The position numbers were made by a program, and so were the translations under genes. 60,063 bases of DNA from an uncultured Puniceicoccaceae bacterium (GTDB lineage: Bacteria > Verrucomicrobiota > Verrucomicrobiia > Opitutales > Coraliomargaritaceae). The stretch lies in NCBI GenBank assembly GCA_963933035.1, contig CAWVTP010000001.1, positions 1-60,063 on the forward strand, in the 5' to 3' direction. The notes beneath the pieces are model-generated. The model made no database searches, had not been told where the DNA came from, and saw nothing but the letters and a program-made list of their open reading frames with translations. Shown here piece by piece: positions 31,958 through 41,788 of this stretch (position 1 is its first letter; the number at the start of each line of letters is the position of its first letter).

Positions 31958-33598
31958 ATGCGTCAGGACTATGATGTATTAGTCATCGGCAGTGGTATCG
32001 CGGGCTTGAGCTTTGCGCTTAAATTGGCAGAAGCGGGCAAACGCGTCGCGATCATCACCAAAAAAGATTCCGCCGAATCAAACACAAATTACGCTCAAGG
32101 AGGCATTGCAGCAGTCACGTCGCAAAGTGATGATGTGGCCATGCATGTTGCCGACACATTAGATGCCGGCGACGGGCTCTGCGACCCAGCAGTGGTAGAC
32201 GCAATCCTGTGCGACGGGGCATCTAGCATCGCAACCTTGGTGCAACGCGGTGTGGCCTTCACCCAACTAAATGATGGCCGTGTCTCTCTCGGCAAAGAGG
32301 GAGGGCATTCAAAACGGCGCATTTTGCATGTGCAAGATATGACGGGCAACGCGATTGAAACCGCACTATTAGCGGGGATTGCGAAGTCGGACTCCATCGA
32401 CACGCTCGAGCACTACTTCGCAATGGATCTCATCACGCGTAAAAAATTGGCCCACTTATCCCAACAAGCTCCACCAGCTGAAGATCGAGTTTTAGGGCTG
32501 TACGCATACAATACGCAAAACGGTCAAGTGGAAACCTTCCGCGCACGCTGCATTTTGCTCGCCACCGGTGGGATCGGGCAAATCTATCAATATTCGACCA
32601 ATCCATCTATTGCGACGGGCGATGGGCTGGCAATGGCCTTTCGCGCTGGCGTCGAAGTTCGCAATATGGAATTTGTGCAATTTCATCCGACCGCTTTTTA
32701 CAGTAGCGATTCAGGGCGTTTTTTGATTAGTGAAGCGGTTCGCGGTGAGGGTGCAGTCTTACGTAACCTCAAAGGCGAGGCTTTTATGGAACGCTATGAT
32801 CGACGCAAAGATTTGGCGCCTCGTGATATCGTGGCACGTGCCATCGACGCAGAAATGAAACAGTCGGGAGCCACTCACGTATGGTTGGATATCCGCGGAC
32901 AATCAGCAGAATCCTTGCGAAAACGGTTCCCCGGCATTTACCAACACTGCGCCGATCGGGGCATTTTCATTGAACGCGACCTCATTCCAGTTGTGCCAGC
33001 TGCCCACTATTTGTGCGGAGGAGTCACCACAAACCTAGCAGCCCAAACCAGTTTGACCGGACTCTATGCATGCGGCGAAGTTGCCTGCACGGGCCTACAT
33101 GGAGCCAATCGCTTAGCCAGCAACTCGTTATTGGAAGCTGTCGTGCTGGCCCACAACGCAGCGGATAAAGTATTGCACGAGCTGGATACAGCTGAAGCCA
33201 GCAGTCCAGATTTGCCCGGCTGGGTAAATGGCAATGCCCGGAACTCAGATGAGCAAGTGGTGCTGGCGCATAATCTCGACGAACTCAAACGAACACTTTG
33301 GGACTATGTTGGAATTGTTCGCACCAGCAAACGCCTCAACCGGGCACGCCGCCGGGTTGAAAACTTAGAAGCGGAGATTAACCAATACTATTGGGATTTT
33401 AAAATCGATGAACGCTTATTGGAGCTCCGCAATATGGTGCTGGTCGCTAAAATGGTCATTGATTGCGCCCTGCAGCGTTCTGAAAGCCGCGGACTGCATT
33501 ACACCTTGGACTTTCCAAACAAATTGAATCACGCGCACGATACAAAAGTACAGATTGCCCATGCCGAGCCAGCGGCGATGACTGTGGGCATGGAATAG
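31958..33598 (+). CDS. nadB: L-aspartate oxidase
   Basis: DVLVIGSGIAGL FAD motif and RGEGA and HYxCGG motifs. ATG 31958 preferred over TTG 31916. Confidence 0.93.
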   Translation: MRQDYDVLVIGSGIAGLSFALKLAEAGKRVAIITKKDSAESNTNYAQGGIAAVTSQSDDVAMHVADTLDAGDGLCDPAVVDAILCDGASSIATLVQRGVAFTQLNDGRVSLGKEGGHSKRRILHVQDMTGNAIETALLAGIAKSDSIDTLEHYFAMDLITRKKLAHLSQQAPPAEDRVLGLYAYNTQNGQVETFRARCILLATGGIGQIYQYSTNPSIATGDGLAMAFRAGVEVRNMEFVQFHPTAFYSSDSGRFLISEAVRGEGAVLRNLKGEAFMERYDRRKDLAPRDIVARAIDAEMKQSGATHVWLDIRGQSAESLRKRFPGIYQHCADRGIFIERDLIPVVPAAHYLCGGVTTNLAAQTSLTGLYACGEVACTGLHGANRLASNSLLEAVVLAHNAADKVLHELDTAEASSPDLPGWVNGNARNSDEQVVLAHNLDELKRTLWDYVGIVRTSKRLNRARRRVENLEAEINQYYWDFKIDERLLELRNMVLVAKMVIDCALQRSESRGLHYTLDFPNKLNHAHDTKVQIAHAEPAAMTVGME

Positions 33599-33610
33599 AC
33601 GCAAACGGCC

Positions 33611-34561
33611 ATGAAGATCGGATTGATCGGTCCAGGCGCAATAGGGCTTCACTATGCTGGCCTATTAGCAAGCGCTGGCGCCAAACTACATATTTTGGCC
33701 CGCTCGGATTATGCAGCTCTCATGCGTAATGGGATTCAGCTGGTACGAGTCGACGCCCAGCAGCCCAATAAGCTGCTAGAACAGCGTTGCGTTCAGCCCG
33801 CACAAATCAGTCGCTTGGCACCAGAAATCGGGCCTATGGACTGGGTTATTGTCGCCGCTAAATCAACCTATAATAGAGCCTTATTGAGTGACTTGCAGCA
33901 TTTAGTTCAACCCAGGAAGACCATCATCCTCTCCTTGCAAAATGGCATGGGAAATGCCGAATACTTTGCCTCTCATTTCCCTAACAATCCGATTGTTTGT
34001 GGCTTGTGCTTTATTTGCGTCAATCGCACGGCGCCGGGAGTCGTCGAAAACTACCATCCCGGACAAGTGGAGTTCGGTTCATTCCAAGATACGTGGCCAA
34101 GTGCGGTACGAACGATTATAACTGCTTTTCAATTAGCCGGCGTTAAAACAATCCTATCTCAGCAATTAGAGGCTTCGCTTTGGCGTAAATTATGTTGGAA
34201 TATTCCCTTTAATGGACTATCGATCGTTGCCGGTGGCTGCACCACGGATCAAATACTCGCCAATCCTGATGTATGTGCCAGAGCGCGTATTTTGATGCAG
34301 GAAGTGCAAACCGCGGCCAGCCTAGCAGGCCATCAAATCAGCGATGACTTCCTGCAACAACAATTTGAGATCACGCGCGGCATGGGGGCCTACAGACCTT
34401 CATCGCTAATTGACTTTCAGGCAGGACGTGCCGTAGAAATCGCAGCCATTTGGGAGATCCCCTTACAGCGTGGAGAAAAATTGGGAGCAGCGATGCCAGA
34501 ATTAACACAGTTGGTACAGGAGCTTCGAGATACTTGCTCGCAAGCAACTGGCAAAACTTGA
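33611..34561 (+). CDS. panE: 2-dehydropantoate 2-reductase
   Basis: KIGLIGPGAIG Rossmann motif, ApbA/PanE length and a C-terminal domain pattern; pan-gene context. Confidence 0.85.
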   Translation: MKIGLIGPGAIGLHYAGLLASAGAKLHILARSDYAALMRNGIQLVRVDAQQPNKLLEQRCVQPAQISRLAPEIGPMDWVIVAAKSTYNRALLSDLQHLVQPRKTIILSLQNGMGNAEYFASHFPNNPIVCGLCFICVNRTAPGVVENYHPGQVEFGSFQDTWPSAVRTIITAFQLAGVKTILSQQLEASLWRKLCWNIPFNGLSIVAGGCTTDQILANPDVCARARILMQEVQTAASLAGHQISDDFLQQQFEITRGMGAYRPSSLIDFQAGRAVEIAAIWEIPLQRGEKLGAAMPELTQLVQELRDTCSQATGKT

Positions 34562-34648
34562 GGATCAATGCTCAACATTGATCGACATCAGTTTAATTAT
34601 GCCACGAAAAATTGGCTTCAAACTTGTTCAGTCAGCGAACTCACATTA

Positions 34649-34922
34649 GGGCACCTCTGAAAACCTACCAAGACCGAGACGAATACAATTTTGATTTTGA
34701 GCAAGGCGATTCTGTGCACAGGAGGGCTGGAAGCCCTTCGTGCGCAGATCAACGCAGCTCAGAACCAAAAGTGTTTCGGCTTGAAAAACTTGCCGCTTTC
34801 TGTGCGCTGGCGGCGTTGATCTCGCCTAGGCAGGGCTTCCAGCCCAACCGTTGGCGAGAGAGCCTTGCCTGCATCACAGCAAATCGGCAATCTCGACACA
34901 TGGGAGGTTTTCAGAGGTGCCC
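34649..34922. repeat. 274-nt imperfect palindrome (rod-like hairpin): candidate structured RNA or MITE
   Basis: Nested perfect helices read directly: 18 bp (34649-34666 with 34905-34922), 13 bp (34724-34736 with 34833-34845) and 10 bp (34746-34755 with 34813-34822). The intervening segments are of near-equal length on both arms. Confidence 0.8.
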
Positions 34923-34934
34923 ATAACACTCAAC

Positions 34935-35123
34935 TCAGCGAAATTGCTTAACATCCGCTTGATAACGATAGTCGGCTTTTTCTAAATGCTGACACAAAGC
35001 GACTCGATCAATCGCATGGTATTGGCACAGCGCATGGAGCGAATCGAAATAATTTCTTAACTCTGTATTCACCACCCCGAGTAATAAATGAGGATCCATG
35101 CTAGCAAATTGAGACCAGTCCAT
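34935..35123 (-). CDS. DUF4250-like small protein
   Basis: MDWSQFASMDPHLLLGVVNTELRNYFDSLHALC... matches my memory of the DUF4250 pattern (MDP..LL..VN..LR). ATG at 35123. Confidence 0.55.
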   Translation of the reverse strand: MDWSQFASMDPHLLLGVVNTELRNYFDSLHALCQYHAIDRVALCQHLEKADYRYQADVKQFR

Positions 35124-35436
35124 AATATACAAAATAATACTGTGAATGAAATTATAGGATTATTTTTTGACAGTGAATCATGTGAGAAGCAATTTAATTG
35201 CACACTCCTCGGATCGCTCGACAGCATGGTTTCAGGAGGCCTGTCTTACATAAATCAACCTAGCTATGCATGCGAGATAGGATCCCATAGCAGTTGATAA
35301 AGGAATCGACTTGCCCTGATGATCACTTGTAGCTTTCAATACAACAGATATTGGAGACGATGGGCTCATGATACTCGACTCTCAATGCTACAATATGCTA
35401 GCTTCGCACATTTAAACACCAAAGTATTCTAAATTT

Positions 35437-36189
35437 ATGTCAGGACATAGTAAGTGGGCAACGATTAAACGGGCAAAAGGCGCGGCAGATGCTAAGCGCG
35501 GAAAACTGTTTAGTGTCATCAGTAAAGATTTAACGCTGGCGGCGCGAGATGGTGGCGGTGACCCCAGCTTTAATCCTCGCTTGCGCACAGTTATTGCGAA
35601 GGCAAAACAAGCCAACATGCCCGCTGACAATGTTGAGCGTGCCATCAAAAAAGGAACCGGTGAGCTTCCAGGTGTCGTCTACGAGGAAAATGTTTACGAA
35701 GGCTATGCTGCAGGTGGGGTGGGCTTAATCGTGGAGGTCACCACCGATAATAAAAATCGTTCCGCCTCAGAAGTACGCAGTACCATGAGCAAAAATGGTG
35801 GTAATTTAGCTGGCGTTGGGGCCGTGGCCTTTCAATTCGATCGCAAGGGACAGTTTATTATTGATGCCAGTGCCGTTACCGAAGAAGTTCTGATGGAACT
35901 GGCTCTCGAGGCAGGCGCAGAAGATGTTCTCGAGAGGGGAGACCACTTTGAGGTCTTGTGTACACTGGCAGAATACGACGCCCTTTCACAAGCGCTATCC
36001 GATCAAGCGATCACTGTTGAGTCTTCGGAATTAGCTTATTTAGCCAACGTTCACGTACCGGTAGATGATGCAGATGTTGCGCGTAAAGTACTCCACTTAG
36101 TGAGTGCTCTAGATGCACTGGAAGATGTTAAGGCCGTGCACTCAAATATGCAGCTTGCCGATGCTTTATTAAATGATATTGAGGCCTAG
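35437..36189 (+). CDS. yebC: YebC/PmpR family transcriptional regulator
   Basis: MSGHSKWATIKRAKGAADAKRGKLF N-terminus; 250 aa. Confidence 0.93.
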   Translation: MSGHSKWATIKRAKGAADAKRGKLFSVISKDLTLAARDGGGDPSFNPRLRTVIAKAKQANMPADNVERAIKKGTGELPGVVYEENVYEGYAAGGVGLIVEVTTDNKNRSASEVRSTMSKNGGNLAGVGAVAFQFDRKGQFIIDASAVTEEVLMELALEAGAEDVLERGDHFEVLCTLAEYDALSQALSDQAITVESSELAYLANVHVPVDDADVARKVLHLVSALDALEDVKAVHSNMQLADALLNDIEA

Positions 36190-36267
36190 CAGCCAGTTTT
36201 TGTTAAAACCGGCTTGCCAATGTACCTAGGACGCCTGTAACACTGTAGCGTTCACTACTTAATTATT

Positions 36268-36522
36268 ATGAAATTTAAAATCCCCACTTTACTCTCTTGC
36301 TTAACCGTTATGTGCTTACTGTCCGCCTGCGGCAGCAAACAGACACAGCATGCCCCGAAAAGCACGAACATTTTGGGCATCTACAAGTCTGAACCAGCTG
36401 CTTACTCTGCCGAGAAGTCGAATACCATTCCATTGTCGACGACTGAAATCATGGGGCGGGACAACATTACAGGAAATAAGGTTACCTTATTTTGGGGCTT
36501 AATTACCCTAAAGGACTACTAG
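36268..36522 (+). CDS. small lipoprotein
   Basis: Signal peptide with lipobox LLSAC at residues 17-21; 84 aa. Confidence 0.55.
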   Translation: MKFKIPTLLSCLTVMCLLSACGSKQTQHAPKSTNILGIYKSEPAAYSAEKSNTIPLSTTEIMGRDNITGNKVTLFWGLITLKDY

Positions 36523-36866
36523 TTTAGCGGCCCCATCCCTACAGCAATTGCGTTAGCCTCCCGGGTGAGTCCCAGGATGCAGATTCAGCATTTATTTGCT
36601 TACGCAGTGCATTCACCTAAAGTTGGCCTTCAAGGGGTCACTCCAAATTAGCCCCATAACGGCGACTCCACTAATTTAGTTGTATACGAGTCTGTCGGCA
36701 TGCATGTTCTCGGTTAGAGTGGAACAGTCACAGATCACATAATTCAGCTCCCTAGTGACGACTTCGCCGCATGCCGCACCGGTTCCCTGGCGAGGTGATA
36801 CAACATTGCCTAAAATCTCACCGCAGCTTATCTTGACTTTCTTAGTTCATAACTAAAGATAAGAAA

Positions 36867-37580
36867 ATGATGCATGCCGTAAGCAGTCTAGATGAGGCAC
36901 AAATTGAGGCCGCACCAGCCGAGGAGCGCATTCGCTTAGCCTACCAACACTATGGGGAGCGTTTGGTCCTCAGTACCAGCTTTGGCGTACAAAGTGCGGT
37001 CATGCTGCACATGGTCACCCAAATTGTGCCTCAAATACCCATTCTGTTTATCGATACTGGCTATTTATTTCCAGAAACCTATCGCTTTGCGGCTGAATTG
37101 GGGCAACGCCTAAGTCTCAACCTGAAAACATTCCGATCCCAGCAATCTGCAGCCCAGCAGGAGGCGCTTTATGGTAAATTATGGGAACAAGGGCTGGATG
37201 GGCTCAAGCGATACAATGAGCTCAATAAAGTGGAACCCATGAATCGCGCAATCACTCAATTAGGCGCGCAGGCATGGATTTCCGGCTTAAGACGAGTACA
37301 GTCAAACTCCCGAAAAAAACGTCCCGCAATCGAAAAACAGAATAAAATCGTCAAACTCTACCCGATCATCGATTGGTCGGACAAAGCCATTTACGACTAC
37401 CTCACACAACATGACCTCCCCTATCACCCACTCTGGGATCAAGGTTATGTATCGGTCGGCGATTGGCATAGCACAAGCAAATTGAGTGCTGGCATGCACG
37501 CTGAAGATACCCGATTTGGTGGGATCAAACGCGAATGCGGGCTGCATGAAAGCAGTGCAGCCGACAATTATCAGATTTAG
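36867..37580 (+). CDS. cysH: phosphoadenosine phosphosulfate reductase family
   Basis: PAPS-reductase fold pattern with the C-terminal KRECGLHE motif. No CC..CxxC Fe-S cysteines, so PAPS-type rather than APS-type. Confidence 0.88.
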   Translation: MMHAVSSLDEAQIEAAPAEERIRLAYQHYGERLVLSTSFGVQSAVMLHMVTQIVPQIPILFIDTGYLFPETYRFAAELGQRLSLNLKTFRSQQSAAQQEALYGKLWEQGLDGLKRYNELNKVEPMNRAITQLGAQAWISGLRRVQSNSRKKRPAIEKQNKIVKLYPIIDWSDKAIYDYLTQHDLPYHPLWDQGYVSVGDWHSTSKLSAGMHAEDTRFGGIKRECGLHESSAADNYQI

Positions 37581-37603
37581 GGGCGGCCTCGCCCTACAAC
37601 TAA

Positions 37604-38401
37604 ATGAGCGAAGTCAATGTGAGCACTCGTAGTTCCAAACCCAAGCGCGGCAAACCCCAACATGTTGCGATCATTATGGACGGCAACGGGCGTTGGGCAA
37701 AAGCCAAAAATCGGCCGCGAATCGAAGGGCATCGCCAAGGAGCTGAAGCCGTTAAAAGAACTTTAACCGCAGCCCAAAAAAACGGAATCCCCTACATCAC
37801 ACTGTATGCCTTTAGCGTCGAAAACTGGAATCGACCCGCCGCAGAGGTTGCAGATCTCATGCAGCTGCTGGAACACTTTCTGAGCACCCAACTGAAACAA
37901 CTGATCGAGCAGAGAATTCGTTTCCGCGTCATTGGTCGCACCAAGCATCTATCGGAGAAACTACAGGTAAAAATTAAGGACACTGTAGCAGCGACGGCTC
38001 ATTTTTCTGACTACACCCTCACCCTAGCTCTCAACTATGGTGCTCGCACGGAACTTGTTGATGCCCTCCAAGCTATCGGCATAAAACTCCAGAACGGCAC
38101 ACTGGACTTAGCAGATGTGGACTATGATTGTATCCAACAGCACCTCTACACGGCCGAACTTCCCGATCCAGATTTGATCATTCGCAGCTCGGGGGAATAT
38201 CGGCTCAGCAATTTTTTGCTATTACAGAGCGCTTACGCAGAAATCTACTTTACACCAACCCTGTGGCCTGATTTCAAGGAGGCGGATTTCGAAGCTGCAC
38301 TGGCCGATTTTAAGCAGCGAGAACGTCGGTTTGGGAATACACAAGATACTGGTAACGAAACTCCCTTAACAGCCATAGACAACCACCCCCTCTCATCCTG
38401 A
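37604..38401 (+). CDS. uppS: undecaprenyl diphosphate synthase
   Basis: HVAIIMDGNGRWA and RSSGEYRLSNFLLLQSAYAE motifs. Confidence 0.95.
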   Translation: MSEVNVSTRSSKPKRGKPQHVAIIMDGNGRWAKAKNRPRIEGHRQGAEAVKRTLTAAQKNGIPYITLYAFSVENWNRPAAEVADLMQLLEHFLSTQLKQLIEQRIRFRVIGRTKHLSEKLQVKIKDTVAATAHFSDYTLTLALNYGARTELVDALQAIGIKLQNGTLDLADVDYDCIQQHLYTAELPDPDLIIRSSGEYRLSNFLLLQSAYAEIYFTPTLWPDFKEADFEAALADFKQRERRFGNTQDTGNETPLTAIDNHPLSS

Positions 38402-38422
38402 AGATTTTAATTAAACTCAACC

Positions 38423-39253
38423 ATGCAAAAAAGAATTCTCAGCTTTGCGATTCTTTGGATTAGCCTTGCGCTCTTACTCACCCTATTTGGTGTGCACGCC
38501 GGCGTACTTTTAATCACGATTCTCGCTTTTTTGACCCAACTAGAGTTGTACCGTCTGTTTGAAAAAATGGAACTGCACCCTCAAAAGACACTGGGATTGG
38601 CTTGTGGCGTCGTACTCTGCTTGGGCTCTTATTACTGGGGTGGACCGGAATCAGGTAGCGATCTCTTCCTGATTGCTTTTATCGTTTTGACCCTTTCGAT
38701 CATTCGACTCGACTTGCAGGCAGGGCGACTGCGTAGCTTTATGCCCACTCTGTTTGGCCTTATTTACGTCCCATTTCTGCTACATTATTTGATCAAGATC
38801 GTCAAGATGGCGGAATTTCATGATGCCTCCACGCAGACGGGACTCTTCTTGGCCGTCTGGCTGATCGCGGTCGCCAAATGCTCCGATGTTGGAGGTTTAC
38901 TGATTGGGATGCGACTAGGAAAGACACCGCTCTCCATCATTAGCCCCAAAAAAACTTACGAAGGCGCTGCTGGCGGAATCTTATTTTCGATGCTTATCGG
39001 CTGGCTACTGGTCGTCCTATTTCATCCGATCGCACCCGACAATTTTGCCTGGTGGATGAGTCTACTGTTTGCGATCCCAATTGGAATCGCCTCCATCGCA
39101 TCGGATCTGGTGGAATCTGCTTTTAAACGCCAAGCAAACGTTAAAGATTCTGGAAAAATCATTCCCGGCATTGGGGGTATTTTTGACCTTACAGATAGTT
39201 TGATTCTAACAGCACCGCTCGGCTATCTCTTATTCAAATACGCCCTTTTCTAA
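38423..39253 (+). CDS. cdsA: phosphatidate cytidylyltransferase
   Basis: Multi-TM protein with a C-terminal SDLVESAFKRQANVKDSGKIIPGIGGIFDLTDS signature region. uppS-cdsA-dxr synteny. Confidence 0.9.
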   Translation: MQKRILSFAILWISLALLLTLFGVHAGVLLITILAFLTQLELYRLFEKMELHPQKTLGLACGVVLCLGSYYWGGPESGSDLFLIAFIVLTLSIIRLDLQAGRLRSFMPTLFGLIYVPFLLHYLIKIVKMAEFHDASTQTGLFLAVWLIAVAKCSDVGGLLIGMRLGKTPLSIISPKKTYEGAAGGILFSMLIGWLLVVLFHPIAPDNFAWWMSLLFAIPIGIASIASDLVESAFKRQANVKDSGKIIPGIGGIFDLTDSLILTAPLGYLLFKYALF

Positions 39254-39257
39254 ACAA

Positions 39258-40421
39258 ATGTCTGCTCCGAAAAAGAAAATCGTCTTACTCGGAGCCACTG
39301 GCTCGATTGGTCTGAATACGCTGCGCGTGATTCGCCAGCATGCAGACAAATTAGAGCTGATCGCTGTCTCTGCGCATCGCAATAGCAAACAACTCGCCAG
39401 TATCTGCCAGGAGTTTGCGATACCCCATGCAGTCATTACCGATGATGCGGCTGGCCGCCAAGCGATCGACCGCCAAGACTTCCCCTCCAAGACGCAGCTT
39501 AGCTTAGGCTCCAGCGCACTGCAAGCAATTTGTGAACTAGAGGCTGCTGACTGCGTTTTGGTAGCTGTGGTGGGCGCTTGCGGCTTAATGCCGGCGCTGG
39601 CTGCAATTGATGCCGGTAAAGACCTCTTGCTCGCCAATAAAGAACTTTTAGTCATGGGCGGAGCGCTCGTCATTGAAGCGGCCCAAAAAAAAGGCGTGCA
39701 GCTGCTCCCTGTCGACAGCGAACACAACGCAATTTTTCAATGCTTGCAAGGATGTCAGCGCTGTGAAGTGGATCAATTGATTCTCACCGCTTCAGGCGGC
39801 CAATTTCGGGACTGGCCAATCGAGCAATTAGAGCAAGTCACCCCACAAGCGGCCACTCAACACCCCAATTGGAAAATGGGGCCCAAGATTACAGTGGATT
39901 CTGCCACCATGGCCAACAAGGGACTGGAATTAATCGAAGCGCACTGGTTATTTGGCCTGAGCAGTGAGCGGCTAAAAGTCGTCATCCACCCGCAAAGTAT
40001 TGTGCACTCATGCGTGCAGTTAATCGATGGCTCCATTTTGGCGCAGATGAGTCCCCCGAGCATGACCTTCGCCATCCAACACTGCTTGCTCTATCCGCAA
40101 CGTGCAGCTGCTCCCGAAGCCACACTCGATTTCACCCAAGCCATACAGTTCGAATTCCGCCCCCCCGAACTGATGCGATACCCTTGCCTAGAGCTAGCCT
40201 ACACCGCACTGCAACAGGGCGGTAGCGCGCCTGTCATCTACAACGCTGCCAATGAAGTGGCCGTCGCTCAATTTCTAAAGCAACAAATTCCCTTTCTCCG
40301 TATTCCGGAGATCATTGAAAAAAGCCTGCACCAGCTCGGCAGCTCGCCAATCGACTGCTTAGAGACGCTCTACGAGGTCGATGCGGCCGCGCGCCAGTCC
40401 GCGCGACAACTTGCGGGATAA
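39258..40421 (+). CDS. dxr: 1-deoxy-D-xylulose 5-phosphate reductoisomerase
   Basis: LGATGSIG, LANKE and DSEHNAIFQC motifs. Confidence 0.95.
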   Translation: MSAPKKKIVLLGATGSIGLNTLRVIRQHADKLELIAVSAHRNSKQLASICQEFAIPHAVITDDAAGRQAIDRQDFPSKTQLSLGSSALQAICELEAADCVLVAVVGACGLMPALAAIDAGKDLLLANKELLVMGGALVIEAAQKKGVQLLPVDSEHNAIFQCLQGCQRCEVDQLILTASGGQFRDWPIEQLEQVTPQAATQHPNWKMGPKITVDSATMANKGLELIEAHWLFGLSSERLKVVIHPQSIVHSCVQLIDGSILAQMSPPSMTFAIQHCLLYPQRAAAPEATLDFTQAIQFEFRPPELMRYPCLELAYTALQQGGSAPVIYNAANEVAVAQFLKQQIPFLRIPEIIEKSLHQLGSSPIDCLETLYEVDAAARQSARQLAG

Positions 40422-40449
40422 AACCTCCATCGCACCCACCAATACCCAT

Positions 40450-40482
40450 GAACAAATAGTGAACTAATGGACACTATTTGTT
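40450..40482. promoter_or_regulatory. palindrome AACAAATAGTG-N10-CACTATTTGTT containing GAAC-N7-GAAC, candidate operator
   Basis: 11-bp perfect arms (40451-40461 with 40472-40482). GAACAAATAGTGAAC lies at 40450-40464. The palindrome ends 34 nt upstream of the Y-family polymerase ATG. Confidence 0.3.
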
Positions 40483-40516
40483 TGCTTAAATGAATCCTTG
40501 CTGTTGGCTAGCAGCT

Positions 40517-41758
40517 ATGGCCTTGCGGTACCTCTTTATAGATTTTGATAGTTTTTTTGCCTCGGTCGAACAGCAATTTCAGCCCCATCTGCGTGGTAAG
40601 GCGGTGGGTATTGTCCCAAAAATTGGAGTGGAGACCACTTGCTGTATTGCTGCCAGCTACGAAGCCAAAGCGCAGGGCGTCAAAACTGGAACCCCCGTAC
40701 GCGAAGCTCGCTACCTATGCCCGGGGATTCACTTCATTGCCGCCAACAATCGTCGCTATATTGAAACCCATCAACGCATCCAAAACTGCATTCATCAACG
40801 CCTGTATATCGAAGCGGTGCTCTCCATAGATGAACTCTACGGCCGCCTACCGCCAGCGTGGCAAAGCCCACAAGTTGCTCACGACAAGGCGCTTGAAATC
40901 AAGCAAGCACTAGCGGATGAAATCGGCCCCTACATAACGGGATCGATCGGTATGGCCCCCAACCCATTTTTGGCAAAAATGGCCAGCAAACGTCACAAGC
41001 CCAATGGACTAGTCGCCATCGATTTTGCCGATCTACCACAAGCCTTGTACGCCTTTGAGCTACGTGATATTACCGGCATTGGAGCCAGAATTGAGCAGCG
41101 TTTGCGGTGTCGACGGATCACGGACATGGAAACGCTGTGCCAAGCTTCGCGCCAACAACTCAAACGCGCCTGGGGCTCCGTCGAAGGCGAGCGTATGTGG
41201 AGCAAGCTGCGAGGAATCGATATCCCTCCGCTGAGCACTAAAAAGACCACCATTGGGCACTCACATGTACTCCCACCACCCTTACGCAGCCAAGAAGGCG
41301 CCTATGCAACCTTGCATCGAATGCTGCAAAAAGCCTGCCGTCGCTTACGGGCGGAAGCTTACTTTGCCGGTGCCCTGCAATTGCAGATCAAATTTGGATT
41401 CGAACGCTGGGGCTATTGGCGCAAGGAACTCAGCTGCTTCCCCAGTCAAGACAATGGCGTGCTGGCACAATGCTTAGAGCATTTATGGCAACAGCGCCCG
41501 CAGACGGCCCCCGAACCCGTGAAAGTCGCCATCAGTCTATTTAAATTAATTCACCAAAACAGCCATACACCCGATTTATTTACCCCTGCAGACGCAACAA
41601 GGCGCGCTCAATTGCTGCGAACCATGGACCAAATCAATCAGCGCTATGGTGATCGCAGTATTTATTATGCGCCCTCCATGCCAGCCCAAAAAAGTGTGGA
41701 TGCTGCGCCATTACGGATCGCATTTCATCATATCCCGACACTGGACGATAGCCCTTAA
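40517..41758 (+). CDS. Y-family DNA polymerase (DinB/UmuC-like, catalytic residues present)
   Basis: FIDFDSFFASVEQ and SIDELYG keep the catalytic Asp/Asp/Glu. GIG..R HhH region present. ATG 40517 preferred over 40490. Confidence 0.85.
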   Translation: MALRYLFIDFDSFFASVEQQFQPHLRGKAVGIVPKIGVETTCCIAASYEAKAQGVKTGTPVREARYLCPGIHFIAANNRRYIETHQRIQNCIHQRLYIEAVLSIDELYGRLPPAWQSPQVAHDKALEIKQALADEIGPYITGSIGMAPNPFLAKMASKRHKPNGLVAIDFADLPQALYAFELRDITGIGARIEQRLRCRRITDMETLCQASRQQLKRAWGSVEGERMWSKLRGIDIPPLSTKKTTIGHSHVLPPPLRSQEGAYATLHRMLQKACRRLRAEAYFAGALQLQIKFGFERWGYWRKELSCFPSQDNGVLAQCLEHLWQQRPQTAPEPVKVAISLFKLIHQNSHTPDLFTPADATRRAQLLRTMDQINQRYGDRSIYYAPSMPAQKSVDAAPLRIAFHHIPTLDDSP

Positions 41759-41788
41759 GGCACCGCAAAGGACTGTACCAACCAAACG

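Noticed and set aside
34612-34926. 104-aa ORF covering the big palindrome
   Set aside because: The open frame coincides almost exactly with the inverted repeat, and its product is low-complexity and R/S/Q/C-rich. The palindrome symmetry explains the sequence better than coding.
36191-36214. Hairpin after yebC (AGCCAGTTTT-TGTT-AAAACCGGCT) as an intrinsic terminator. Likewise AAAGCC-N8-GGCTTT at 46474-46493, between convergent genes.
   Set aside because: The stems are short and AT-rich with one mismatch, and the trailing T-runs are weak or are part of the stem. Not strong enough to annotate as terminators.
39230-39727. 165-aa minus-strand ORF
   Set aside because: It lies antisense to the dxr 5' region and the cdsA end, is Ala/Ser-rich shadow frame, and both sense genes have unambiguous motifs.
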